Made by a program: the position numbers and the translations under genes
Notes under the pieces: model-generated
What the model saw: the letters and a program-made list of their open reading frames with translations, nothing else
Told to the model about the DNA's origin: nothing
The model's database searches: none
NCBI RefSeq assembly: GCF_037042905.1
Contig: NW_026974140.1
Location: 8,308,001-8,372,000 of the forward strand
Direction: 5' to 3'
DNA length: 64,000 bases
Source: Lytechinus pictus
Taxonomy: Eukaryota
Shown here: one piece after another, positions 1 through 12,740 of the stretch
How positions within the stretch are numbered: position 1 is the stretch's first letter
How the letters are laid out: each line of letters opens with the position of its first letter

Positions 1-277
1 GTGGCCCAGTGGATTAGTCTCTGGACTTTGAAACAGAGGGTCGTGGGTTCAAATCCCAGCCATGGCGTAGTTTCCTCCAGCAAGATATTTATCCACATTG
101 TGCTTCACTCAACCCAGGTGAGGTGAATGGGCAGGAATTAATTCCTTGAAATGCACTGAGCGCTTGAGGGCTGCTTGAGCTACAGCTGGGGTAATAATAT
201 CCAAGTCCTTTGGAAGTGCATAGAGACATCCTGATAATGTGTTATGCACTATACAAGAACTGATTATTATTATTATA
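1..277 (+). mobile_element. tRNA-derived SINE, family A (CORE-like body)
   Basis: A box gtggcccagtgg, B box gggttcaaatccc, body tcctccagcaag...acccaggtgaggtgaatggg, (att)n tail; homologous to 27050, 42296 and 61943 copies. Confidence 0.9.
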
Positions 278-991
278 AAATGTATCAAAGCTTAATGCAT
301 CTTTCAGATAAGCTTGAATCATTCTTGGTTCCTATGGAAACAAGATAAAGATGTGCATATTTGTTAGTTTTCTGATTAATATAAATCTTCTTTTGAAAAG
401 ATTGATGAGAGTTATTTTCCATCAATATTTTCTTTTAAAGAATATATTTCCTCATCAAGTCCTAAATCAAGATATGGAGATCATTTGAGGATTCTTCATG
501 ATCTTTATGCATTGAAAGCTGCTCTGGGTATTATATAGTCTGTACAAGAATTTGTTCATATTAATTTTTCAACCCTTCTTGTTGTCTTAAAAAAACAAAA
601 AAAACATGACGAACCTTCAATATCAAGTGCCAAATTTTGATCTGTCATTAGTATTCCATGGTTGCATTATCCCCTCATCATGTCTTCAAGCAAATACACA
701 AGCCATCTCGCGGATGACTTTATTTTCATTTGGTCATACTCATTTGTCTCCATTCTCGACAAACTGATATTGATCATCGCATTGTAGATCTCTAACTTTA
801 TACACTCACTGAATCATGTTCCTGAGAGGATAATTGAATTAGCAAGTGTGACAATGATGGAGCAGGTTTACTTATCCTACATGATGTTGTGTCCCTCTTT
901 GATTGCATACCATATTTTCGAATCATCTGTCACACAGCTTGTAGCTCGTTATGCAGCTTTCATAATTGAAGTGATATTTCATGGATATTCA

Positions 992-1335
992 GAGAGAGGG
1001 AACGTGGAATTCAGTTGAAATAAGGATCTTATGAAGGATACGAAATGTTCTAAGCACATTAAAAAGAATTTATATATTTTGGTCTTTTGAAAGAATGATC
1101 AATAGTGATTGTTTTTGGAGGGAAGCGGGTAGTGGTTAGAAATTGAAATTCTTCAACATAACAGAGGGGACGTGGAATTCAGTTGGAATAAGGATCGTAT
1201 GAAGAACATTAAATGATCCAAGGACATTAGAAAGGATGTATAAGTTTTTATATTTCTTTTTTTATATTTCTTGTGAGAGGATGATCAATAGTGATTTTTT
1301 GGCGGGAAGGGGGTAGTGGTTATGAATTGAAATTT
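992..1335. repeat. Diverged tandem duplication, two ~165-bp units
   Basis: acgtggaattcagttg...tgatcaatagtgatt...gtagtggtta...aattgaaatt occurs at ~992-1150 and ~1161-1335. Confidence 0.85.
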
Positions 1336-1774
1336 CATTTGATATCTGTTACTCTTCCTCAAATTGAGTTACCTAGTGAGTGCATGATAATATTAGAAGC
1401 CTCCAGTGATGCAATTGCCAGTGACAACTGACAAGCCCTGCTTTGAAAAAAAAAAGATCCTCGCTTTCTGCAGTCGGGATCATTAGCAGCGGGTCATATT
1501 ATACTTGCTCCTCAGTCATAGGTGAAACGATAGGATAAACAGCTGTTTTGCCTGGCATTGAAGTAATGATAACGTCAACTTCAATTTTGAACCCAGCTGC
1601 GTTCTCTATGGATGCTGATTGCATGTCTCTGTCGTTGGCTTTTATACCCCGAGTGGATCCGATGTTATCATGATACTTTCTGCTCTCTGTCTTTCATAGA
1701 ATATGATGACACAATGGGGATACACATTATTGAATATAAGCAGGCATTATTGCATACCTTTACATAAAAACTAC

Positions 1775-2405
1775 ACGCGGGCTACACACGCTCTCCCACA
1801 TGCACACGCAGTTGTTAGATACACTCATGCACACACACCCACACTCATGTGGATCCATGGTTGATCCTCTTCCCAAAATGTGTGTAACCACCCTCTCTCT
1901 CACACACACACACACATTAACACCCACATACCATTTTCAGGTACCTTTATCGTCCACCATTTTTATCCTACCCCTACCACCAAAATCCAGACGCACCTAC
2001 CCAAATACAGACATCCACATACACCAACCCACACACCATTCAAATGTACACACACTCACACCCTCACTTTACATACACACACATGCCCAACCCCACACAC
2101 ATCCACCAAGTTGATCCTACCACTAAAATACACACATACACACCCACAAACAGCATTCACACACAAACACACACATACATTACATACACACAAATGCCCA
2201 ACCCCACACACATCCACCAAGTTGACCCTACCACTAAAATGCACACATACACACCTACAAACAACATTCACACACAAACACACACATCATAAAATACATA
2301 CACACAAATGCCCAACCCCACACGCATCCATCAAGTTGATCCTACCACTAAAATGCACACATACACACCCACAGACACCATTCACACACAAACACACACA
2401 TCATG
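1775..2405. repeat. CA-rich region with a ~110-bp minisatellite (3 units)
   Basis: atgcccaaccccacac...aagttga.cctaccactaaaat repeated at ~2083, ~2194, ~2308. Confidence 0.9.
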
Positions 2406-3261
2406 CAGACATTTTCAATTCCATACATTTTTCCTTGATCCTAAGAATACAAAGCGTAAAGTTAACTGAATCAAAATTAGTCTGTCAACACACTTCAAAA
2501 GTACTCATAGATAATGTCTTGAGATCGATCTAAACAACTTTGTAAACATGGAAAGTGCATCTTTGTTTCAATTTGATTATTGCCTGGTTAAAGTTTTAAA
2601 GAAAATACACCACCATTTTCTTGAAGAACGCTCCCTGCTGATAACAATTATGCATGCTTCAGAATCAAATTCAATTTTAATCCCTGATTTTGCTGAAGCT
2701 GATTTTGTTCCCTATTTCATTCAAATAATTTTTGTGATGTTCTCTAAAGGATTCATATTCAGTAATTAACTGTGTCAACACAATTAACATATCTATAATG
2801 CAAATGCCACTCACTATTATAATCAGGAGTTTTGTAAGAGTATGTTGATGAATTTTCTGTTTTTATCATTAAGTCACCCCTCCTATAAAAATATAAATGC
2901 TTGAAAAGTAATCATTAAATCTCTTCTGTCACTATAATTAATCAATTTGATGATATCATTTTCAATAAATTTGCTAGAGAGCGTACACCTTTCTAACTGC
3001 AGTCAATTACTTTTCCATTTTCTCCCATTTCAAGTAATTAATTTCAAGAATCTTGCTCTGGAAGGAGACAAAATTGTATCAGCTGAAAATAAATTAGAAA
3101 GCATGGTAAATTAATCATTATTTCTTGGAGGTATCTGCCTGGCTTGCGATTTTCATTCATACATTAACAAAAATAGAGTTTAAATCCAAATATCAGGAAA
3201 CTGTAAATTGAATTCAGCTTAATCATGTACATAATAATAGTATGAATAATATATTTCATTT

Positions 3262-3420
3262 GGTGACACAACTTATGCCCTTGTGATATTTGGTCCGGAC
3301 TTAATACCTCAGATGGCATAGGGTTAGGGTATGAGTTTTTGGTTCAAAATAATGTAAAGATTAGGATTAGGCTTTATTTGATGTTGCAGGTTAGGTGTAA
3401 TGTTCGGCTTAACATGCTGA
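3262..3420 (+). mobile_element. Degenerate copy of a short interspersed element with ttaggg-like motifs
   Basis: Colinear with 41262-41456 (agggttag...ttttcggttca..aat..tgtaaagat...ttgcaggttag). Confidence 0.6.
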
Positions 3421-4073
3421 ATAGTTGAATGTCTCTGTAAATGCAAAAAGAACTCTTACTAAGTTACTTCTTAAAAAACTTGAAGGTATGCCTGTGAAAT
3501 AATGGTTAGGCCTTGAAGATAACCCCTGATAAATTATGATGAAATTGATTATTGACGTTAATGACTATGTTTTATTGCAACTGCATCATCATGCATATTG
3601 CATGCGTAAACAAACTTTAATGATATGGACGGAAGCTATAAAGATTAATACCAATCGCCTTGGTGAACCATTACAAGAAGGCTTTCCTAAATGTTGATAT
3701 CATTGCATAGCAAGGCCAATTGATGTATTACTTTATTAGATATAAGCTCTAATGTAAGATATTGTTATAAGAAGGACCATGATACAGTTTTTCCCTTAAT
3801 TCTGTTAATGTTACTAGACTGAAAAGGGAACTAATGATCTATATAGCAAAAGCCAAACAGCATTATCTTGCATGAATTTATCAACAGGAAAAGAAATACG
3901 AAATGCTTTTGAAGTTTAAATGTCTTTATCTTCAGGCAGTTTGGTCTTCTGTAATTTCTGTAAAATGTACATTATCTTGTAATTCAAGATAATGTAGGCA
4001 GTAATGTTTTCCCGCTGAATTCTATTAGTTTTGTCAATATTCTTTTACCGCCAACAGTTGTTGCAAGCATTAA

Positions 4074-4526
4074 AGGGGACGTCCACCCTGGCGAAATATC
4101 AGAAACAACATGTTGCTGAAGATTTGGCAAAAGTCCATCAAAGATCAATAGTGTTATGGATTTTTAAAGTTTTGGTTTTGTTACGTCATATGCAAACAGC
4201 TCCCGCATGGGTCATGTGATGTAAAGTTCATTTAAAAAAAATTAAGAATAATTTGACTTGTGCGTTTATTATATTATCATAAATATATCATTTCACACCT
4301 GCTTATGTAAGAAACATTTTTTCAGTCATCATGAACAATTAAACATGAAAATTGATGGAATTTGTATTTCATGATATTTGGAGTAATTGCTTCCATATGA
4401 CATCAAAGATTCAAAAGTTTAAAATTCACAATTTTGCTTATTCTTAGATGGATTTTCGTCAAACCTTCACCAGTATTTTATTTAATTTTTTTTAAAACAC
4501 CTTTATTGTCAGGGCGAGCTTCCCCT
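4074..4526. mobile_element. Kolobok-like MITE
   Basis: TTAA|aggggacgtccaccctg ... cagggcgagcttcccct|TTAA; imperfect TIR, TTAA TSD, purine-purine start. Confidence 0.8.
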
Positions 4527-4604
4527 TTAACAGTCTGAATTTATTCTTTCCTACCTACCCTAGGCCTAACACCGTTGTCCGCCGGGTTCAAATTCTTTTT
4601 ATAG

Positions 4605-4689
4605 AAAGGATGATTGTGGTTTAAACGATAGTCCTTGGGATGATGGAAGTCCCTGTCACTGTGGGTTTTTGGAGGATGAGTATACCGGG
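4605..4689 (+). CDS. Possible small internal exon (KDDCGLNDSPWDDGSPCHCGFLEDEYTG)
   Basis: ttctttttatag acceptor, GG|gtaatg donor, open frame; no homology recognised, and its phase does not join directly to the 20253 exon. Confidence 0.15.
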
Positions 4690-5009
4690 GTAATGAACTG
4701 ACCGAGCATTAGTGCGTTGAGTGATGACCTGATCAACAACTGGACCATGAAGACTTGGACGGTGGAATCGTTCAAGATTAAGGACTTCCTACTTAAAGCG
4801 ATCATGTGATGTGGTGATCATTTCATTACTGATGTTGTTTTGCTTTGATGATGCCATGGGAATCATGTTGTTTTCTTCATCACTAGCTTGCTTATTGATC
4901 TCTTATTTAGTAATCATTGGTGTTGTTACCACTGTCATAAATAGTTCCATCTTTGTCGTCATCATATGATAGTCATCCTTATGGTGTTAAAAGATCATGA
5001 TCTTTTTCT

Positions 5010-5200
5010 NNNNNNNNNNNNNNNNNNNNNNNNNNNNNNNNNNNNNNNNNNNNNNNNNNNNNNNNNNNNNNNNNNNNNNNNNNNNNNNNNNNNNNNNNNN
5101 NNNNNNNNNNNNNNNNNNNNNNNNNNNNNNNNNNNNNNNNNNNNNNNNNNNNNNNNNNNNNNNNNNNNNNNNNNNNNNNNNNNNNNNNNNNNNNNNNNNN
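5010..5200. other. Assembly gap
   Basis: N run; (cat)n-rich sequence on the right flank. Confidence 1.
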
Positions 5201-6561
5201 AATGACCATCATCAATGTTATTGATCTCATCACCATCATCATCATTACCATGACAACCATCGTCATCATGACATCTCTTTCATCAAACCATTGTTTCCAT
5301 TAAGCTCTCCTTTACATCATGTACATATATAATTTTTGCTCACTTTCTTCTCATAATTCCTCACTTAATTTTCACATGCCAAATTATTCTCATCACCAGC
5401 CTTACTGAGTGATCACCTTTGTACTGCTATTCCGTTGTGACCACTGCAATTTTTTTCCTGTATAATTTGAACATCAAATACATTATCACATCATTCGTTT
5501 CTCAATTTCAGCTTAAATTGATTTCCTTCACTCAGAAACAATTTCATTACGCTTCTTCTTCAATGAACACTTAATATCTAACCTATTTTCGTCATATGTA
5601 TTGAAATAAACTTGAATAAACATACACGTCTGACACTTTGTTGCTTTCCAGCAATGCTGTAATAATTGAATTTTACATGGAGGTCCTTAATTCATCTTTT
5701 CTATGGGTCTATTCTGGCAGCAATTATCTACTGTACTCATATTTTCCTTTCATACAGAGTTTGACCACAATATGGAGGGATGAATAGTGAACATGTTTTC
5801 TAATATCTTGAATGCTTCAATATTTTATATTAAAAATGGATCTTAATTTTGTTTATTACTAAAGGAATGGTACCTGGAAAGACATCTTAATGCAATCATG
5901 TTAGTTTCAATTTATTAAACTCCTACAATATTTTCGTGTAATTTTGGGGGGCATTGGTAAGGAGGAAAATTATTAATATATACTTGTAATTATGTGGAAA
6001 AGTTTTCTCAAGAGTCTAAGTTCTCTCTGAATAAATTAGTAATAATCAATTCATTTATCGATGGTCATTAGCTCAGCTACATGGTCCCATACTCTATTAT
6101 GTTATATTAACTAACATTTTAAGCAGCTGGAAATTTTTACGAATTAATTCTGGAGAGGGGAGTTTACATTCAGTTCAAGTTTCCCCCTATCACAGTGTCA
6201 GTGAACTTGGTATAAATACAGATCTCTTGTGACCGCTACATACCCTGGGGTCTGCCATGATAATGACTTTACATGAAATCGACCACATTCTTATCATTCC
6301 CCGGCTTAGTTGATATACTCCCACTCTCTGTTTTTCTTCCCTTCTCTTCTATCTCTGTCTGTCTCTCCCCCGTCTCCTCCTCCCCTCACCTCACCTCTTT
6401 CCCCTCCCTGCTCTAAACTTACATTAATTCTCTCTTTTACTTTTTACATACTCTGTTATTTTTCACTTAGTACTCTCTCTTTTTTCCAACCTATCCTCCT
6501 CTCCCCCACACTCTTCTTTATCTTCCACCCTTCCCTCCTTCTCTTTCCCCTCTGCACTTAA

Positions 6562-7144
6562 AGGAGAATGAAACTCTTGGAGCAAGTTAGCTTTTGTGAA
6601 AGCAGAAAAATCAAAAAATAAGATCAACAAAAGTTTGAGTAAAATAGGACTAGCAATAAAAGAGTTATGAGCATTTGAATGTCGAGATCACTAATGCTAT
6701 GGAGATCCTCCCATTGGCAATGCGACCAAGATATGTGATGTCACACACGTACAACTCTCCCATTTGGACACTGAAAATATACCCCAAAACATTTCTTTTT
6801 GCTCATTCTAATCATATGACAAACGATTCATCAATGATATAATGTTGTGAAACCTCTGTACTTGTCATCTCATAAAGAGAACACCTCACCTTGTGATAGA
6901 CTCTATAAAAGTGAGAATATAAGTGAAATAAGTACTAAAGTAATGAGGGAGGTGTACGTGTGTGATATCACAGATCTTGGTCGCATTGCCGATGGGAGGA
7001 TCTACATGGCACTAGTGATCTCAATATTCAAATGCTCATAACTTTCTTATTATTCATTCAATCTTCCTCAAACTTTCAATAATGTGTTCCTTTGATTTTT
7101 CTCTTTGATATGGATTCAGCTGGTTTCAAGGGTTTCATTCTCCT
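6562..7144. mobile_element. Kolobok-like MITE with long (~200-bp) inverted arms
   Basis: TTAA|aggagaatgaaac ... gtttcattctcct|TTAA; 6664-6759 is the reverse complement of ~6948-7042. Confidence 0.92.
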
Positions 7145-7490
7145 TTAATTCTCATGCTACTATTCCCACTCTCGTTCTTTTCCTCTTCCTTTGAGGGAAA
7201 GTTTAGTTAGTATGTTACCCTCCAAAGATTATTAACTGTATTAATGTTCAAAGAGAAAGAGTATCTATGAGAATTGATGCTTGATGGTATGAATTTTCAT
7301 TATATATTTATTTATTTGTAATTTGATTGGTCTCCCAAGATTAATAAAAAATTCAGAAGGGTAACAAATTACTTTTTCCAGCTCTTAATGTCTTCACACT
7401 TTTTGAATATTTGGTCGGAATTTAGATTCTTTTAGAGATTTGACACAAGGTGATGGATCAAAGCACACACTCAAGTATTGAAGAGAAGCA

Positions 7491-8030
7491 GGGGGGGGGG
7501 CACTTCCATATTGACGAATGGATACCATGCGTGGCCAAAAACACATAAAAAGGATCTCTTTTTAAAGATAGGGCACATTACATACGTAACGTAATAAGGA
7601 TGTAAAAAAAAACTAATATAATGAAAAAAGGGTATATATTTTGCTCGGAAAACTATGAGTTTACAGTCCAATTTGCGAGGGTATAAAAAAGACCAAAATA
7701 CTTTATAAAGGATCTACTTTTTGCCCAACACTACGTTTTTAGTGTCCGATTTGAGTAGTGTGTTGGGGGGTACTTAACCCAATTAAAGTAAAGGTAAAAG
7801 CCGACGTCTGTGACATAAAAATTAGGATATCGTCGTACTTGTTTAAGGGGTCAATTCAGGGAATACTTGTCAAGGGTATTGTTTTGTTTCCAATACTCAT
7901 TAAGGGTAGGATTTCACATGCCAATAGTTGTTAAGGGGTGCATTTTCAGAACATGGAAATACTTGTGCAGGGTGCTTTTGAAACCCCATGGTCACACATG
8001 GTATCCACTTGTCAATGGAAGTGGCCCCCC
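7491..8030. mobile_element. MITE with G-run termini
   Basis: ggggggcacttccatattgacgaatggataccatgcgtggcca ... tggtcacacatggtatccacttgtcaatggaagtggcccccc (~40-bp TIR). Confidence 0.88.
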
Positions 8031-8506
8031 AGAAAAAGCCTGATTTTTTTTCTTTGAAATTTACTTAACAGTAATCAGATATGAATGGAACTCAAGCACA
8101 AGGAGATTGTCCAGTACATTTTTTTTAATAATATATCTTAATCTTGGTGATTTTTTTCAAATTCGGTAATTAATGGTCTACTGAAAACCTTTATTAATTG
8201 AAATATTTTTAAATCTTCTAATATATTGTCCATTCGGGCTAAATCCTGACAGTTCCAACACCCCACCCCTTCACACTTGACAACCCAACAGAGTGCCAGT
8301 TGATTCAGCAAACATTATTTTTAGAGCAAGGTTGCATATTAATTCCATTGTGTACACACTGTAGCCTAAGTAAATATTTACCTGTCATTTGATTATCTCT
8401 ATAGCAATTTATGAAATAAATTACCAAAGGTTAAACAGGGGAGAGTCCTGCAATGAAATCATATTCACTGGTTTACCTAAAGCTTTAGATAATTGTTTTT
8501 TATTAA

Positions 8507-8880
8507 AGGCATTGGCTAACATTGATTTGATTTTTTTAAAATCGGAGCTGCGAGGTCCCACTTGTCACCTGTGTCTGTGATATGTTACAAAAATAAAGCC
8601 CAGAAAAAATTGCGTCCGAAAATCTTTATATAGTGCTTCAAAAAAGTGAAATATAAAGTGACTGGAAACACTGTCTTAATTTCATCACATACTGTTCTAT
8701 TATCATAGGCATGATAAAAATTACACAAAATCTTCGATTATAATGTATTAAAAGCAGTTCTTTTGATTTTTTTTTGTTGGTTTCAGAGTTTTTAGGTTAA
8801 TAGAAAGGCATCCATATGCATATTTCATCTCTCCATTGGTTTAAAAAAAAATAACATGTCTATAACGTTAACCTATGCCT
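8507..8880. mobile_element. Kolobok-like MITE
   Basis: TTAA|aggcattggctaac ... gttaacctatgcct|TTGA (degenerate TSD). Confidence 0.7.
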
Positions 8881-9035
8881 TTGAATACATGTATGTCCCC
8901 TCGTGACTCTGAATTTCCCTATCGATACTTTTCATTGATTTTAATGCTCTTCTAGAAAACTAAATCAATGCTATATTGGGAGGACTATTTTGAATTTAAC
9001 CAAGATATAATTTTTATTTTTTGCTTTTGTAACCA

Positions 9036-9394
9036 GGGCCGTTCTTGGTCATGTGTGTGACCGTAATTATGACAAATCTTTAGTTTGATTTAGTAATTCA
9101 AAGGTTATATAACATTAACATGTTTAGTCAGCTATCATTGGACATATTTTTTGCCCTCTCCAACATGCAGGTTCAAGGTCAGAGTTCAAAAGAAGTGGGT
9201 CATGTGTGTGACTTCACACAGAGGCATGATTTTGAAAGTTTAATTTCATTTTTAATTTCCTGTGAATTTCGAAATGAAATTCAAAATTCAAAATCATCAT
9301 AAGTAGTTATAAATCTCTAAAATTTGTAGATTTATAACTAATAAAAGTCAAGATTCGTCATAATTTCAGTCACACACTTGACCAAGAATGGCCC
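9036..9394. mobile_element. MITE (gggcc termini, Harbinger-like)
   Basis: gggccgttcttggtcatgtgtgtgaccgtaattatgac ... gtcataatttcagtcacacacttgaccaagaatggccc. Confidence 0.85.
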
Positions 9395-9961
9395 ATCAAA
9401 TATTCAAAGTGAACCTGCAGATATGAAGTTGGTCTTTGTCTTTTAAAAAAATTTATTCTCTGAATTTCACAAAAAAACAAAGGTGAACATGTGAACAAAA
9501 AAAGCAAGATATAAACTAACAAGTAAAAACAAACACATACAAAGTAACAACAATATATATACCAAAGAGACATGAGAATAGTCAAATTGGAAGGTCACCC
9601 AGTTCAGCTCTCCCCATAGACAGTACTGTTCTTTCATGGGGTCCAAGGATTAAAACACAAATAATATAAGAACAGTCTTACGAAAATCCCTTAGAACAAA
9701 GGGGAAATTTGGGGATATGGGGGGATACAGAATCAAATTAAAAACAAAAAAGTTCATAGATCAGGGAGGAAGGCATTGATTGTTAGGATTGATTTTATGG
9801 ATTAGTTATGATATCCATGTGTTTTTGGAGAAGATGCATTTTAGTGATCATCACATATTCTTATCTGGAAATCAGACATTGTTTATAGTTATAGAAAACA
9901 TTAAGCCAGGTACACTTTTTAGATTTTAGCTCTTCAAGCATATATTTCATGTTTTCAACTT

Positions 9962-10312
9962 ATGGTTCAAATCAGTCAGGCAAGAATGATTTCAACTGAT
10001 TCCAACTTTCACGATGTGACAAACAAAATGGCGCAATCATGTGAAAAATCTTAATGACTTCTCTGAGAAGTAACACGACATACTGAAGAAACTCAGAGGC
10101 ATTATACAGGGCCATTAATAAAGCAGGAGGAGTTTGAATAATAGGGAGAGGGTAGGAAAAAGTGGCAGGAGGGGGTGGGGTTGGAAGTACATGTAGATAT
10201 AGCAGCTATTTCCATATTATGGAAAGAACAAAATGTCCCACATTGTGTTCACAGTGTGTTCACGCGGTGAAATCTTTGCACTAATACATTCGAGCTTTTC
10301 AACAGTTTTTCA
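9962..10312 (+). repeat. ~350-bp direct repeat, copy 1
   Basis: Near-identical to 11559-11908 (about a dozen differences). Confidence 0.95.
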
Positions 10313-11558
10313 CGTATCATAGAATAATTCTTCTACAATTGGCCTCAACAAACTTTCATGGAAAAAAATAGGCATGTAAAATGTTATGCAAATACATTTT
10401 GATTGTAAACATAATTAACAAGTGAGTATTGCCTGATTTCGGAATTGTAAGTTGCATAACAAGATAAAAGGCAATGGAATAAAAAAAAAAGTTATGTGCT
10501 TGGAGCAGTAAGACGACATGACACATTGCCTATACGGATGCATGTATAAGATGTTCAAAACCTAAATAACACTTTTATATTTTAGCTTCAATAATTGCAT
10601 TTTTATACAAATGTGTTATACGATAAACTGATATCATGTGAATAAATATAGTCAAGTTCTTGTGCTTAAAAAAAGAGATGTAAGTTACATCGCACATGCT
10701 ATAAGAAAATCGTATAGGATTTGAATCTTTCCAAATCGTTCATTTCTCAATCCAAGTTTAAGACGAGAATATATAAATAACGTTATCATAATCATGGATA
10801 CAGGTTAGGGGTTGGGAACATCATTACATTTCGTGTAAATCTAGCATCAGGTGGTGTAAATATTGGTTAGACTCAAGGAATAACCCCCTTTCTCAAATTG
10901 TATTGACTTCGATGTTTATTGGTACTGTATAGGATATAAGCCAAGATGCATGAATGGAATTCTAGCGTATAATTAAATTGATATAAATGACAGTAGCAGA
11001 AGCTGTACTGATATAACAAAAAAATTATGCCTATAAGTCGCATTATATAGTTGGATACTCAACTGATTTAATCTATGATTTATGCGGTCCTGTTTACTAA
11101 TGTAAGTCTGACTTTCATATGTGCAAAATTTATCCTGATTCCTATTCAAACATGTGGATGAAGGCTAGATATCAAGCAGATCTAAAATTGATGCTTATTC
11201 GATCATTCAAAATGAATGTCCTCGATGAACTTCGAGGAAAAAATTGCGAGTAATGCAGGAATAGTTCATTTGTAACACAAATGGAATATCAGTGATGAAT
11301 ATTCTTTGAGCTGAATAAAAGAACAAGGGAACATGAACTCAATATTAAGAAATCGGTTGTTTGAACTGATCATTAAAATATTTGGCAGTTACCCTTCTGT
11401 ATTATCGACATTAGACCATGAAGACCAATTCTCAGGTGTAGCTCCACTTTGTGTGATCTTTCTTGTTTGCAGGACAACTCTAGATCCTATGATTTTTATT
11501 CCAGTTGCGAGGTGATCTTGTTTACGTAGAGTATAAGCAATAGCAGCCAGTCGTTCAA

Positions 11559-11908
11559 ATGGTTCAAATCAGTCAGGCAAGAATGATTTCAACTGATTCC
11601 AACTTTCACGATGTGACAAACAAAATGGCGCAATCATGTGAAAAATCTTAATGGCTTCTCTGAGAAGTAACATGACATACTGAGGAAACTCAGAGGCATT
11701 ATACAGGGCCATTAATAAAGCAGAAGGAGTCTGAATAATAGGTAGAGGGTAGGAAAAGTGGCAGGAGGGGGTGGGGTTAACAGTACATGTAGATATAGCA
11801 GCTATTCCCATATTATGGAAAGAACAAAATGTCCCACATTGTGTTCACAGTGTGTTCACGCAGTGAAATCTTTGCACTGATACATTCGAGCTTTTCAACA
11901 GTTTTTCA
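11559..11908 (+). repeat. ~350-bp direct repeat, copy 2
   Basis: Near-identical to 9962-10312. Confidence 0.95.
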
Positions 11909-12740
11909 AGTAGCTCATAATGTGAACACACTATGAACACTCACACCTTTGAGGTTTCCTTGTTGCAGAATTGTTTTCACACTGTTGTATTTGAGCATTT
12001 CAATAGTGTGAATCACATTTTCACATAGTCCACAACGTGAACACACTGAACATTCACTCTGTGGAGGTGTCCACTGTACGTGTGGAATTATTGTCAAACT
12101 GTTGAGCATTTTAATAGTGTAAATCACATTTTCACATAGTCCACACTGTGAATATACTGTGAACATGTACTCACACTGGAGGTGTGTCCACAGTTGAGCA
12201 TTTTACAGTATGATTCGCATGTTATCATTCCATAATATGAACACACATTGTAGGGGTGCCCACAGTGTGTAATTGCATTTGGTGTGAATCACATTTTCAC
12301 ATAGTCCACAATATGAACATGCCATTGACAATCACACCGTAGATGTATTTTTTCACACTGAGAATTTTACATGTAACAGTGTGGAACACACATTCACATC
12401 GTCCACAATGTACATGTAAGTACACTGAACATTCTTTTTTCCTTTTTTTTTACAAGAATTATTGCATGATTTAAGTACAAAATCAAGGAACCAAGAAAAA
12501 AAAATAATGAAACAATGCAGAACAAAAACTGTGAACATTCTTACCGTAAATGTGTCCATAGTGTGGAATTATCTTCAAACTGCTCCATATAAGCATTTTA
12601 CCAGTGGTTCATATCACTTACATTGTATTGATGTTCACAGGGTTGTATTGTTGTCACATAGTCAAATTTTAGCTTTTACATCTTCACATCGAGCAATATT
12701 TGAACACACTGCGCAACACACTTTGTTGTTTCCTGTTGAG
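11807..12740. mobile_element. Non-autonomous TIR element with many short internal repeats (CACTA/EnSpm-like)
   Basis: Left end cccatattatggaaagaacaaaatgt...gtgtgttca resembles the reverse complement of the right end tgaacacactgcgcaacacactttgttgtttcctgttgag; repeated tgtgaatcacattttcaca and ttgagcattt; same family as 57043-58922. Confidence 0.7.

Noticed and set aside
1-70. tRNA gene (also tRNA-like heads at 15271, 22795, 30262, 61769)
   Set aside because: A/B boxes run into SINE bodies; no complete cloverleaf or Pol III terminator
1800-2533. His/Thr-rich ORFs up to 217 aa
   Set aside because: Translation of a CA-rich minisatellite
11473-11511. 39-nt phase-2 exon compatible with the 20253 exon
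   Set aside because: Weak donor (gtgatc) and no other support
9962-11908. LTR retrotransposon
   Set aside because: No TG...CA termini, TSD, PBS/PPT or gag/pol remnant seen
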